DNA of 64,000 nucleotides, taken from positions 63,612,001 through 63,676,000 of the forward strand of contig NC_042999.1 of NCBI RefSeq assembly GCF_006345805.1, in the 5' to 3' direction. Made by a program: the position numbers and the translations under genes. Source of the DNA: Octopus sinensis (taxonomy: Eukaryota). Below are positions 29,101 to 39,656 of this stretch, one piece after another (within the stretch, counting starts at the first letter, position 1; each line of letters begins with the position of its first letter). The notes under the pieces are model-generated. The model was not told the DNA's origin and did no database searches. It saw nothing but the letters and a program-made list of their open reading frames with translations.

Positions 29101-30846
29101 CGTAGACTCACGCTAATACCCAGAAGGGCTCGATATGAATCACGACTATAAGATACCCGCTTTTGGTTAAACTGCACCGCAAAATGTATGAGTAGTTACG
29201 AATCTAAATCATAGGAGACAGACACACAACTTCACTCTTATATAAAGATGCTTTTTTTTTTCAGTCATAGAGTTAGATTTATGAAGGTCTTCAGTAGAAA
29301 ATCCTTCGAATTCTGACTCGCTGCTTGATATAATGAAATTCGTATCCATTTTTTGTCAGAATTACAAATTTTGAAAACACAATAGGAACAAATTTCGGAA
29401 AAAAATCTCCCATAATTCACGGAATTAAAATTACACTTTGATTTTTGTACAAAACTGTATTTGAAGTGTTTACGAAGTATAATACGTGTTTTCACGAATG
29501 TACTAAAGAGATTTACTCGGATATTCTCATTTAAATATGAATAGGTAAATTCGGGCGGTTTGGTAACGAAAGGGTTAAACGGATGCATACATTTATTAAT
29601 AACTATATATAAGTGTCGTCTGTTTATACATAAACACTGTTTCATACTTTCAGTTTAGTCTTCCTCAAATCACTCTGTCGCTATTTACTCTCTTCCAAGA
29701 ACATTTTCACTCACTCTTATCTCTTAGCTTGCCATACATTTTACTCATGTATCTATCAGCGTGATAGACAGAAACAAATATTACATCGCCATCGCATTCT
29801 ATTGTCTACCTGTCAACACAGACACAGTAAATTAGTTTCACTTTATTCGTTGCACACTGTGTGTGTGCGTTTGCGTGTGCTGTAAACCAGACTAAGGAAA
29901 GCATTTGACATACACACCAGAATGTGAGTTTTCTGTAAATTTTGCTTAATTGGAGTTTAAATTTTTAAAACTGGACCTGGCATGACCCGATGCATTCTAC
30001 TCTTAAAAATGCTAGGTAAATTGTAATTGAAGAAATCCTATATTGTAGATTTCTATAAGTGACAAAGGGAGGCAGATAAAATCTGCCTTTTATAATAAGA
30101 GATAAGACAGTAAGGTGTGATTTGAGGGAGATTTGGCTGCTGTTTCTACCAGGTCTGTTAGGCCTTCTCATGTAAACTCAAGCTTTCTCATGCCTTGAAC
30201 ATAAGACCAAAGCAGAGAATGTATTCTTTTATTCTTCTGCTTTTTCCAGCCATTGGTCTGTGGCCATGCTGGGGCAATGCCTTGAAGAATTGTAGTTTAA
30301 TGAATCAACTCCAGTTTTATTTTTGTAAGCATTGTACTTATTCTATCTGTTTCCTTTGTCAAACCACTAGGTGACAGGGATGTAAACAAACCAACATTCG
30401 TTGTCAGGCAGTGGTGGAGGACAATCACAGACACGCACACACACACACATACATGCATACACACATACATACATACATATATATATATGTGTGTGTATAT
30501 ATATATTGCAGCGTGGAAGGTGTTTGTAAGTCATTTAAGAAACACACAAAAACCGTTAGATTCACTTCAACATTTAAATTTAATTTGCCAAAATATTTTC
30601 CTCGCTTTGAGACCGCGACCTGTTCACTGACAAAAATATCGTGCTAACAGGTCGCGGTCTCAAAGCGACGAAAATATTTTGACAAATTAAATTTAAATGT
30701 TGAAGTGAATCTAACGGTTTTTGTGTGTTTCTTAAATGGCTTATAAACACCTTCAACGCTGCAACTGTTTTCGTTCCTGCACACGATCTCAGATCAAGTC
30801 ACTTGCTATGCAAGTACATCTCTGTAACTATTTATATATATATTTA

Positions 30847-30912
<66 letters not shown>

Positions 30913-33900
30913 TGGTAAAAACAGTAAGATAACAAAAGAAAGAAAGAGACCTCAATATTATGTAAATAGAGGAAATCTTTATATATAAAAGTGAGGTTGT
31001 GTATCTGTCTCCTACGATTTAGATTCCTAACTACTCCCACATTTTGCGGTGCAGTTTAACCAAAACCGGGTATCTTATAGTCGTGATTCATATCGAGACC
31101 GTCTGGGTATTAGCGCGCGTCTACGATGAGTCTACGATTTAAAAAAAAATTTACCATCAATTTTTCCCATTTTTAATCCATTTTTGACATATATAAGGGA
31201 AGTAACTCTCTAAAATTTATTATTAAATCTCAGAACGTAAAAAGCTACAGTAACACCCCTCCCCCTTTCTGGTTAGCCATATTGAGATGGCTATTATACT
31301 TTACATCTCTAAAAATGCTTATATAATTATTTCCCTTACAAACCCGAGCAACGCCGGGCGATACTGCTAGTATATATATAAACGGCAAAACGTCTGTGTG
31401 TGTGTCCTTTATACAAATTCACAATTTTTCAGTTAGAGGGCTAGCACTTTCAATGGTCATTCAAAACCGTCCAAGGGTGGCCGTGCACATCTTTACATTT
31501 CCCCAGTCACCCGGCAAAGCCATTAAAAAATCAATATAAGTGACTTTTTTTGTGAATTTTCTATCCAAAACCCAATCAAAATACCCGAAACTTGATACTC
31601 CAGTTGAATGCCAGCTGTATGTGATTGGTTGAAGATTTGGACAGTACTTGCGTGTATATGCATGCACTAGCACTATGACCCGGCAACGCTGGGTCATAGT
31701 GCTAGTAAAATATTAAAGTAACATAAGAGTAACCTCTTGTGTTACTTTGATATGTTATATTGCTGTAATAAATTGTTCTGTATGATGTATTGTTTTTTTT
31801 TATTCACAGTTGACCTGAATATTGCTCAGATCAAACTGCTAGACAGAAGTCATTTATAATTTCAGCATGCATTCATGCAAATAAATATTTCATATCTTTA
31901 TTTCATACCTGATTTGTAATAAGTATCTGTGTCCATGCTTTTATTTGGGTTGATGAATGTCTGTATATGACTTTATATATTTGCATGTAGACTCAGTGTA
32001 CAGACTAAATTTTACAGTTTACATCAACAGAACAGAAAACTCAGTATTCCATCCGAACATAAAAATATTTTAAAAAATGAAAAATAGTAGCAATTAGATT
32101 ATGGCTGGGAAATAACAGTTTATTCAACATAGCCACCCTCAGCTTCTACCACAGTCTCAAGACAGCTGCAGAACCTAGCACCTGCCTTCCTCATTGTGAG
32201 AAGATCTTTGAACACCTCCTTCATCTTGATTTTTGCAGGTAGAGCAGTTGGTATCTTTCTTAATCGTGCCCCACACATAGTAATTCAAGGGATTGCAATC
32301 AGGGGAATTAAGGAGGCTACAAATTGGGGCTAGTGAAATAGAAATTCTCCAATAACCTGTGACTCTTTACAGAGGTATGGCAAGGTGTCATAGTGCTAGT
32401 AAAATATTAAAGTAACATAAGAGTAACCTCTTGTGTTACTTTGATATGTTATATTGCTGTAATAAATTGTTCTGTATGATGTATTGTTTTTTTTTATTCA
32501 CAGTTGACCTGAATATTGCTCAGATCAAACTGCTAGACAGAAGTCATTTATAATTTCAGCATGCATTCATGCAAATAAATATTTCATATCTTTATTTCAT
32601 ACCTGATTTGTAATAAGTATCTGTGTCCATGCTTTTATTTGGGTTGATGAATGTCTGTATATGACTTTATATATTTGCATGTAGACTCAGTGTACAGACT
32701 AAATTTTACAGTTTACATCAACAGACAGAAAACTCAGTATTCCATCCGAACATAAAAATATTTTAAAAAATGAAAAATAGTAGCAATTAGATTATGGCTG
32801 GGAAATAACAGTTTATTCAACATAGCCACCCTCAGCTTCTACCACAGTCTCAAGACAGCTGCAGAACCTAGCACCTGCCTTCCTCATTGTGAGAAGATCT
32901 TTGAACACCTCCTTCATCTTGATTTTTGCAGGTAGAGCAGTTGGTATCTTTCTTAATCGTGCCCCACACATAGTAATTCAAGGGATTGCAATCAGGGGAA
33001 TTAAGGAGGCTACAAATTGGGGCTAGTGAAATAGAAATTCTCCAATAACCTGTGACTCTTTACAGAGGTATGGCAAGGTGCCAAATCCTGCTGCTACATA
33101 TACAGCCTTCCATCAGCAACCCAGACAGTTTCACATAGTCATCTGAATTGAGCCTAAGGCCGTGTTCATCAGTTGTTGGATGAACTTCAGATTGTGAACA
33201 CATTCTGAACACAATCAGAATGTGTGCTATGTCTCTTCCTGCTGGCCACAGCTCTGTAGTGTCCATTGCATGTTTTACAGCCTTTACTGTGTTCACAGAG
33301 CATTCAACAGCAGTAATGATGTTGGCATTTTGATATTTGGTGCAAATCGTCATGATACAGGTAACTCTTTTCTAGTAATCAGGTGGCTTCCAGTCCTCCA
33401 TGTCAACTAACATTAACTCAACTTCAATCTTTATACTGTTCACCAATGCATCAAGCTGTTCGTGAAAAAAGTGGATATAAAAATTTGTCTAATTTAGCCC
33501 GATTTAGAAAATAATTTTTTGTAACTAAACACTTTCAAACTTCGGACACTGGTAGAACACACGTCATTGATTGGTTGAAATTACTGAAATAGGATAACTT
33601 TAATATGAGTAAAAGGTGTTTTATATGACACATTCTACCAGTGTCCGAAGTTTGAAAGTGTTTAGTTACAAAAAATTATTTTTTAAATCTGTAGGTCAAA
33701 AGGTAAAGATCCTGTATGCTTATATACTTTTGTGTGAGAAGTTAATTCTGTGTACAGCCTATTCTGGACACAGCTTATTCAAAAAGGTGTGAAAGTCTTT
33801 TAAATATTTGGTGTTGCAGTTGATGGTATCCAAAGAAGCACGCAATACAGCATGGGTTTCCTTTGATGGTCGTAGCAGACAGGAGCTGAAGGTTGGTGAT

Positions 33901-36417
33901 TGGTAAGTTATCTCTGATTTATAGTTGTTATTGTCACTTTTTAGCCCCAGGTCAGCACTGATTAAGAAAGTCTGAGATAAAAGGTATTCCACAAAAGCAG
34001 GAAATTCAGGATCACATGATCATTGTAATCAGTATGTTTTTTACTAAGATGATGTGATGTGATATAAGAGAGATTTTGCTGCTAATTTTAGCACGTCAAG
34101 CAGCCATATTGTGGCTCATCTATATCATAGCATTTACATTTTATGTCCCTCTCAACAGTACTGAATAGTCTAGTCCAGTTTGCTGGACATTGTTGTAGAG
34201 CTGAAAAAGAGGTAATTTCTACTCTTCTCCTCTGGAAGCCATCTACTCGCAATACCAGAGGGCGCACACTCTCCTACCCTGATGTAATCACCAGGGATAC
34301 AGGCATCCAGCAACAGGACCTCCGTAATGCCATGATGGACCGTGAAGTCTGGCGTAGCATGGTAAATTCCATTGTCTCGACCACGGTCGAACAATGATGA
34401 TGATGATGATGATAAAAAAGAGACACACTAGTAAATCTTTAGCATAAAACACTAAGTATATATTGTATCCCAAAAGAGATGATAGGGCCTACAAGTCTTG
34501 TACAAGACATATATATATATATATCTTTTTGGGTCTGAAGATTGATTAATATTACCACTTTCTTTGAAAAGTTGGGTAAATATTGACTGTCTCAGTCCAA
34601 AATTCACTTGAACAAAGATAAAATTGTGCTAACAATTGTAGTGACTTTTGTAGCACACTTAAACAGTATACAACAAAATACGCATGCATATACATACATA
34701 TATGTGCATGCATGTTATATATATATACATATATATATGTGTATATATACACACACACACATTATATATATATATATATATGTGTGTGTGTTTGTGTGTG
34801 TGTTTGTCCCCCTAGCATTGCTTGACAACCGATGCTGGTGTGTTTACGTCCCCGTCACTTAGCAGTTCGGCAAAAGAGACCGATAGAATAAGTACTGAGC
34901 TTCCAAAGAATAAGTCCCGGGGTTGATTTGCTCAACTAAAGGCGGTGCTCAGCATGACCGCAATCAAATGACTGAAACAAGTAAAAGAGTATATATATAT
35001 ATATACACACACATCATCGTCATCGTTTAATGTCCGCCTTCCATGCTGGCATGGGTTGGACGGTTTGACTGAGGACTGGCAACCCAGAAGGCTGCACAAG
35101 ACTCCAATCTGATCTGGCGAAGTTTCTACAGCTTGATGCCCTTCCTAATGCCAACCACTCCAAGAGTGTAGTGGATGTTTTTACGTGCCACTGGCACGAG
35201 GGTCACTCAAGCAGTACTGGCATCAGTCACACTTTTTATGTGCCACCTGCACAAGAGCCTATCCGAAGGCACTGACGACAACCAAGTTCAAATGGTGTTT
35301 TTTACATGCCACCGGCATGGGAGCCGGTCAGCGACCCTGTCAACGACCAAGCTCGAATGGTGCTTTTAACATTCCACTGGCACAGGTGCCAATCAGGCAG
35401 TACTATCATCAGTCGCAACAACGATTTCACTTGCCTCAACAGGTCTTTGCAAGTTTAGTTTATTGTCCAATAATTGAAGGGTACTCTTAAATGGGCTGGT
35501 TATACAGCACTGGCATAGGCCACAGTTATGGTCCCACTTGGCTTGCCAAGTTTTCTCAAGCACAACATATCTCCAAAGGTCTCAGTTCCTTGTCATTGCC
35601 TCGGTGAGGCTCACTGTTCGAGGGTTGTGCTTCACCACCTCATCCCAGGTCTTCCTGTGTCAATCTCTTCCACAGGTTCCCTCAACTGCTAGGGTGTGAC
35701 ACTTTTTCACACAGCTGTCCTCAACCATTTGCAACACATGACCATACCAGTGCAGTCGTCTCTTTTTCACACCACATCTGATGCTTCTTAGGTCCAACTT
35801 TTCTCTCACGGCACTTACACTCTGTTTATCATTTTATGGTATTTATTTTACTCTGAAAAATGCTTAGAGACTGCTTTGTAGAATAATTTCAGTATATTAG
35901 TTCTAATTTGATTTGCAAAAGGTATTTTAAATCATATGTTATCTTTAGAATGATTTTTATGGAGGTTTTATATTTTTATATATATATACATATATACACA
36001 CATTCACATATGAAAGTGCTAGCAAACAAGATTATTTTATTAGACTTTATATATAAACCATTAGGGAAAATATTGATTCTGAAAATAAATAGAAAGGGAA
36101 TTTTTTCACAACTAAAAATACTGATTGTACAGTTAAAAAGCAATAAAATTCAACGTTCACATTCATTTAATATAAATGTTTTGCCTGTATATTTTTACAT
36201 TCATAATGATGTGAATTTTTGCCTTTGCAGTGTGAAAATCAAGACAGCAACTCATCCCGTTCCTTCAATATGTTGTAAAGATCCCATTGATGACTGGTTC
36301 AACAGTCTAGCTGAATGTTTACATTGGAATGTACGGAAATTACAAGGAGGACCTTCATCGACCACGAGTATGGCTAGTCTGAATTCTGATGAAATAGATT
36401 TTAATCATAGCAGCTAA
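3008..36417 (+). CDS. NADK: NAD+ kinase gene, spliced CDS join(3008..3137,13269..13374,16065..16150,17181..17283,21000..21094,22290..22389,23993..24150,33820..33902,36231..36417); 5' end uncertain
   Basis: All nine exons have AG acceptors, the eight internal ones have GT donors, and phases are continuous. The translation contains the NADK motifs [54 protein letters not shown] and [16 protein letters not shown]. Confidence 0.96.
4060..4706 (+). pseudogene. Degenerate Helitron RepHel PIF1-like helicase C-terminal fragment
   Basis: [58 protein letters not shown], then frameshifted [25 protein letters not shown] and [10 protein letters not shown]. Contains an internal stop, a deletion and frameshifts. 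Confidence 0.9.
11041..11118. repeat. (CT)n microsatellite
   Basis: Direct inspection; a similar tract is at 9138-9180. Confidence 0.95.
13269..13374 (+). CDS. NADK: NADK exon [35 protein letters not shown]
   Basis: tttccag acceptor, G|gtactt donor, phase 0 to 1. Matches human ENMIVYVEKKVLED...FCTFRE. Confidence 0.88.
13451..13814 (-). mobile_element. Non-autonomous Helitron (family B)
   Basis: On -: 5' TC-(TA)n start, 3' hairpin ctatgacccggc...gccgggtcatag and CTAG end; + copy at 31371-31705. Confidence 0.8.
14488..14975 (-). mobile_element. RTE-tail retroposon containing a ~62-bp minisatellite (14655-14935)
   Basis: (CAT)n-tttagcgtccg...ggatgcccttcctaacgcc family, with other copies near 6050, 10500, 35015, 45100, 48390, 50660, 52050 and 55885; five ggtgcttttacgtg units. 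Confidence 0.8.
16065..16150 (+). CDS. NADK: NADK exon (D)[28 protein letters not shown]
   Basis: GGDGT catalytic motif; acag| acceptor and |gtattt donor. Confidence 0.97.
17181..17283 (+). CDS. NADK: NADK exon [34 protein letters not shown]
   Basis: Conserved GSLGFL; caacag| and |gtatat. Confidence 0.97.
18017..18210 (-). mobile_element. Decayed LINE reverse-transcriptase fragment (CR1/L2-like)
   Basis: Minus strand reads [19 protein letters not shown]...VLKYADD. Confidence 0.75.
21000..21094 (+). CDS. NADK: NADK exon (G)[31 protein letters not shown]
   Basis: GNA..LRSRL motif; ctaaag| and |gtaaga; phase 1 to 0. Confidence 0.93.
21462..21637 (+). repeat. ~88-bp tandem duplication of a SINE head plus flank
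   Basis: gtgggactgaa...cctgtgcctgttaacaaaagttgggatgca occurs twice. Confidence 0.85.
22290..22389 (+). CDS. NADK: NADK exon [33 protein letters not shown]
   Basis: NE motif; ttccag| and |gtgagt. Confidence 0.97.
22568..22900 (+). mobile_element. tRNA-derived SINE family D
   Basis: A-box tggctcagtgg and B-box gttcgaatcc; its body recurs inverted at 45990-46240. Confidence 0.85.
23363..23489 (+). repeat. ~125-bp dispersed repeat with a hammerhead-like core (copy 1)
   Basis: Highly similar to 27443-27570; short inverted termini gagata...tatctc. Confidence 0.85.
23630..23845 (+). mobile_element. mariner-derived MITE
   Basis: TA|caagggg..gttcctggcttt...aaagccaggaacccccttg|TA; retains the transposase C-terminus [21 protein letters not shown]. 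Confidence 0.85.
23993..24150 (+). CDS. NADK: NADK exon (G)[52 protein letters not shown]
   Basis: Conserved Gly-rich region; tttcag| and |gttagt. Confidence 0.98.
26115..26515 (+). mobile_element. tRNA-derived SINE family A (full length)
   Basis: Head aggagtggctgt.tggtaag...ggttcagtccc, internal (TA/TG)n, tail gactgaaacaagtaaaagag. Other copies: 18507-18893(-), 21142-21527(-), 47061-47449(-), 55480-55877(+). Confidence 0.88.
26710..26934 (+). mobile_element. tRNA-derived SINE family B with 19-bp TSD
   Basis: gagctggcagaa...gagttcaaattc...gactttgcctttcatcc core; TSD agaaacaatatatgtcaaa at 26691 and 26935. Other copies: 9522-9935(-), 19112-19345(+), 20468-20690(-), 54385-54790(-). Confidence 0.9.
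27443..27570 (+). repeat. ~125-bp dispersed repeat with a hammerhead-like core (copy 2)
   Basis: Highly similar to 23363-23489. Confidence 0.85.
27573..27871 (+). mobile_element. tRNA-derived SINE family C with 11-bp TSD
   Basis: A-box tggcccaatgg, B-box gtttcgattcc, (TAAA)n tail, TSD aacaatctaga; a relative lies at 11688-11970. Confidence 0.88.
28268..30103. repeat. Long inverted repeat, arms 28268-28708 and 29657-30103 (Helitron-like 5' end)
   Basis: ~440-bp arms that are near-exact reverse complements. Confidence 0.92.
28864..29248 (-). mobile_element. Non-autonomous Helitron (family A)
   Basis: On -: TC start, cccgagcaacgccggg hairpin and CTAG end; further copies at 30976 and ~46279. 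Confidence 0.82.
30507..30764. repeat. Hairpin with ~118-bp arms and ~21-nt loop
   Basis: ttgcagcgtggaagg...gcgacctgtt versus aacaggtcgc...ccttcaacgctgcaa, with few mismatches. Confidence 0.93.
30976..31370 (+). mobile_element. Non-autonomous Helitron (family A)
   Basis: A|TCTTTATATATAAAAG...cccgagcaacgccgggcgatactgCTAG|T. Confidence 0.85.
31371..31705 (+). mobile_element. Non-autonomous Helitron (family B) directly abutting the family A copy
   Basis: Reverse complement of 13451-13814; ends with hairpin plus CTAG|T. Confidence 0.8.
31694..33080 (+). repeat. Tandem duplication of ~694 bp (31694-32387 and 32388-33080)
   Basis: Copies appear identical apart from a 1-nt indel (caacagaacag vs caacagacag). 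Confidence 0.95.
32800..33190 (-). mobile_element. Degenerate Tc1/mariner-superfamily (DD37D/maT-like) transposase fragment
   Basis: Minus-strand remnants [23 protein letters not shown] and [14 protein letters not shown]; partly duplicated at ~32110-32387. Confidence 0.75.
33502..33689. repeat. Inverted repeat (~57-bp arms), MITE remnant
   Basis: gatttagaaaataattttttgtaactaaacactttcaaacttcggacactggtagaa and its reverse complement, 1 mismatch. Confidence 0.85.
33820..33902 (+). CDS. NADK: NADK exon [27 protein letters not shown]
   Basis: Near-identical to human [17 protein letters not shown]; ttgcag| and |gtaagt. Confidence 0.97.
34165..34413 (+). mobile_element. 5'-truncated RTE-like LINE 3' end
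   Basis: [40 protein letters not shown], followed by a (GAT)n tail. Confidence 0.8.
36231..36417 (+). CDS. NADK: NADK last coding exon (C)[61 protein letters not shown]
   Basis: tttgcag| acceptor, conserved [17 protein letters not shown] stop. Confidence 0.96.
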
Positions 36418-38202
36418 CCCCAGTCTCTTCCTTTTGGACCTCTTCAACATCTAGCTTACACAATCTATTCGGCTATTATTGGCTGGATTGTTCATCACAC
36501 TTTTGCTGAGAGTGAGAGAGAGAGAAAGAGTTGTCTTGATCATTATCATCATTTTACTGGAAACAAATGAGTGATTGTCTAATGAAGTATATGGAAGTCA
36601 ACATTTTATAAAAAGCTGGTTGTTATTCTTAAAATTGGACTATTAATGCTGGTTGTTTCCTTTTAAATTATTGCAGTACAGTCATATACTGATTTTTGAA
36701 ATTATCAGCACAGACTGTACATAAAGTTTCTTCCAATCAATATAGGTCTCAGCAGTGATACTCTGCTTTCCATTGTTTTACTATTATAATTAAGGTGGTG
36801 GAGTGGTAGAAGCGTTAGAGCATTGGACAAATGTCTTATGGTATTTAGTTACAACCCTTTACATTCTGTGTTCAAATCCCACCTAAGTCAACTTTACCTT
36901 TCATCTTTCTGAGGTCAATTAAATATAATACCAGTGCAATACTTGGATCAATATAATTGACTAGCTTCTCCTTTAAGTTTGAGGCCTTGTGCAAAATGAT
37001 TATTTATTAGACACTTGGGCCAAGACCTACAAGATTTCATTGAAAACCATCTTAGACCAATATAACAGTAGATGGTTATGCTTGTTACATATTTTGTTAA
37101 TACACCCTTTATTTATACATTTTGGTGACTGCTCCGGACTTGTGTACTTATTTCCTGACATTATGTACTGTTTAGTATAATTAATTATTCAAGTTCTGTA
37201 ATTTGTTGACATTAATATAGTTACAAAGAATTTGTTTTATTAATGGATTTTCTTTTCCATCTAACACCTTCATAAAACATGAAGCTGAACAGAACATTTC
37301 TATATTATATAATAGTTTAGGCAGGATATTTCTATACATAAAAATTTAGACTGGGACACTTCTATATGTATAATGTAACTGTTGAGACTGGACATTACTA
37401 TCTGTATAAAATAAGTATTTAGACTGGATATCTTTATCTGTATAATGTAACAATTCAGACTCTTCACCACTTCAGTTGGATTTTCTTACCTTTGTTGACT
37501 GTTAACTAAATGTCACCATTTTGTGTTCTCCTCCTAACTGTGATAAGCATACAAGAAATCAAAACAAGACATTGTAATATTGTAAATAATTATAAAACTT
37601 CAGTGACGTGAGGTAAACTTTTCTTGTTGTTTTGAGGCTTAAGCAGACAAAGCTAGACTGTACCTTCTCTATTCCTTTGAGGCTTTTTCATTGCTCAATA
37701 CTTATCGTTTACTTATATAGTGAAGAAATAATATATGTATGTGTATATATTATGAATATATAATATATACATTTGTGCATGTGAAAAATTTTTATGCCCT
37801 GTTACTTTAAGAGAATAGCTTTTACATAAGCCAAAAGAAAGAAAGCTATGAAGCATTTCACAGCTTTTCTAAATCAACAACAAAGATTCAGACAGACCAG
37901 TGTCTTCAATTAAAGTGCTGTATTTCTTATGCTGTAACTGTTCAAATTGGCAATGGTTGTTAACTCTTTGAAATGCTAATTTTAATTTATTCTCTTTTTG
38001 TTGATGTTGAAATTTTTAGAAAATTTCAACTCTACACTTCATATTATTATATAAAAAAAGATTATTAATTTAATATTCCAAATTTTAGATCTGATGGCTC
38101 TACTTTCATAACACTTCCATTATCAACCTGTTCAAAAATTTGGTAACTGACTACCATCTTATTGTATTTTACAATATTTGATATTCTTAATAGAAAACAA
38201 AA

Positions 38203-38208
38203 AATAAA
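38203..38208 (+). terminator. Candidate NADK polyadenylation signal (second AATAAA at 38237)
   Basis: AATAAA ~1.8 kb after the stop codon with U-rich sequence downstream. AT-rich context makes chance hits likely. Confidence 0.35.
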
Positions 38209-38736
38209 CATTTTATATTTCATTCCATTCTCAGCAAATAAATTGCTGTGTAAAAACAAACAAAAAAAGACAATATTAAAATATTTTTTTACTCAAAAGC
38301 ATTTTTGTTTTTCCTTGGCTTCTATCTTTCTCATCAAATACAAGCTACAATTCTTTTTTATATCTTGTTTTGTTACTCACTTGTCACACTTGGCTGCATC
38401 TGGTTTCATTCCTTATATCATCATTGCTTTAATGTTCACTTTTCCAAGCATTGGTCAGACAGAATTGGTTGAGGTGGATTTTCTACGACCAGACATGTCT
38501 TCATGGAAAATTGCAAATGAAGAACACTACTTACACAACATAATTAGCTACATTCAGTTTCCATCAACCAAATCTCCTTACAAGGAATTAGCCCAGGACT
38601 ATAAAAGACACTTTACCAAAGTGCCACAGTGGGACTGAGAGCACAACCATGTGGTTGGGAAGCAAACTTACCACACAACCAAATATGTTTGTAAAGTATT
38701 AACATAAGACTCCCAAGATTTAAAAAGGAAACAAAT

Positions 38737-38742
38737 TTTATT
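38737..38742 (-). terminator. Candidate M6PR polyadenylation signal
   Basis: TTTATT on + (AATAAA on -) ~800 nt past the stop, near the edge of the AT-rich unique sequence. Confidence 0.35.
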
Positions 38743-39536
38743 TTATAACTCTTAAGTGAAATGATTTTCATTCAAAATGCATTTGGAAAGACAAGGCAAA
38801 GAAATATATATAAATAAATATTAGTGGAATCTTAGGGAAAATGGGAAAACCTGAAACCAGTTGTAAAGAAATAGCTAGTACAATAATAGAAAGGACTCCA
38901 ATGTTGGCTGGAAGAGTTAAAACAGGAAGTATTTTGTGAAGTTTCATACAAATCAGTTCATCAATAATAGAGTATTTAGTTTTTCTATAAACCCCACAAC
39001 AAATAAAATGAGGAACAATTCTATATCTATTCAAGTGATAGCACCTCTGGACAGATATTTTTAAAAAATAATTTTGACAATCAAAGATTGTTGCCATGTG
39101 TGCATATCTATAGCATATATATATATATGGTTCTGGAAATCAATTGGACTCTTCATTGAAATCCAATTTGTAAATCTATCTCTTTCATTTACAACATAGT
39201 AAATTTTTTCAATCATTCTTACAATTGTTTTCATGACAAATGATAAAAATAAGGTGTGTGTATTTATGGTTACTGAAGTAAAAAGAAATATGCGATATTT
39301 TTTAAAGAAATGTATTTCATTTTTTAAAATACTTTCAATAATACTAGTATTTAAATTCAGAAACCAAGAGAATTGTACACAGATACTGTGAGTTCCTTCT
39401 TGACAAAATTTCGAAAAAAAAAATATTATTTTATGAGATTGAGTGCTTAACTGATAATACTCTAAATTATTTCACAGACATCACTTGATTATGTGTCCTG
39501 CTTTTATATTCCCCAAATACCTATTTGGCTCTGTTT

Positions 39537-39656
39537 TCACATTGGAAGTAAGTGTTCATCACGCTCATCTTCATCTTCAAGCTGGTCATCACCAATTCCT
39601 TTATAAGTTTTCTGTTGAGTTGAACTTCCAGATCGACAAGTTAAGTTACAGCCATC
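39537..39656 (-). CDS. M6PR: M6PR last exon [39 protein letters not shown]
   Basis: ttctag| acceptor on -; acidic cluster-dileucine DEHLLPM C-terminus. Confidence 0.97.
   Translation of the reverse strand, partial: DGCNLTCRSGSSTQQKTYKGIGDDQLEDEDERDEHLLPM

Noticed and set aside
35908-36230. N-terminal part of the 169-aa ORF
   Set aside because: Intronic AT-rich read-through; only 36231-36417 is NADK coding.
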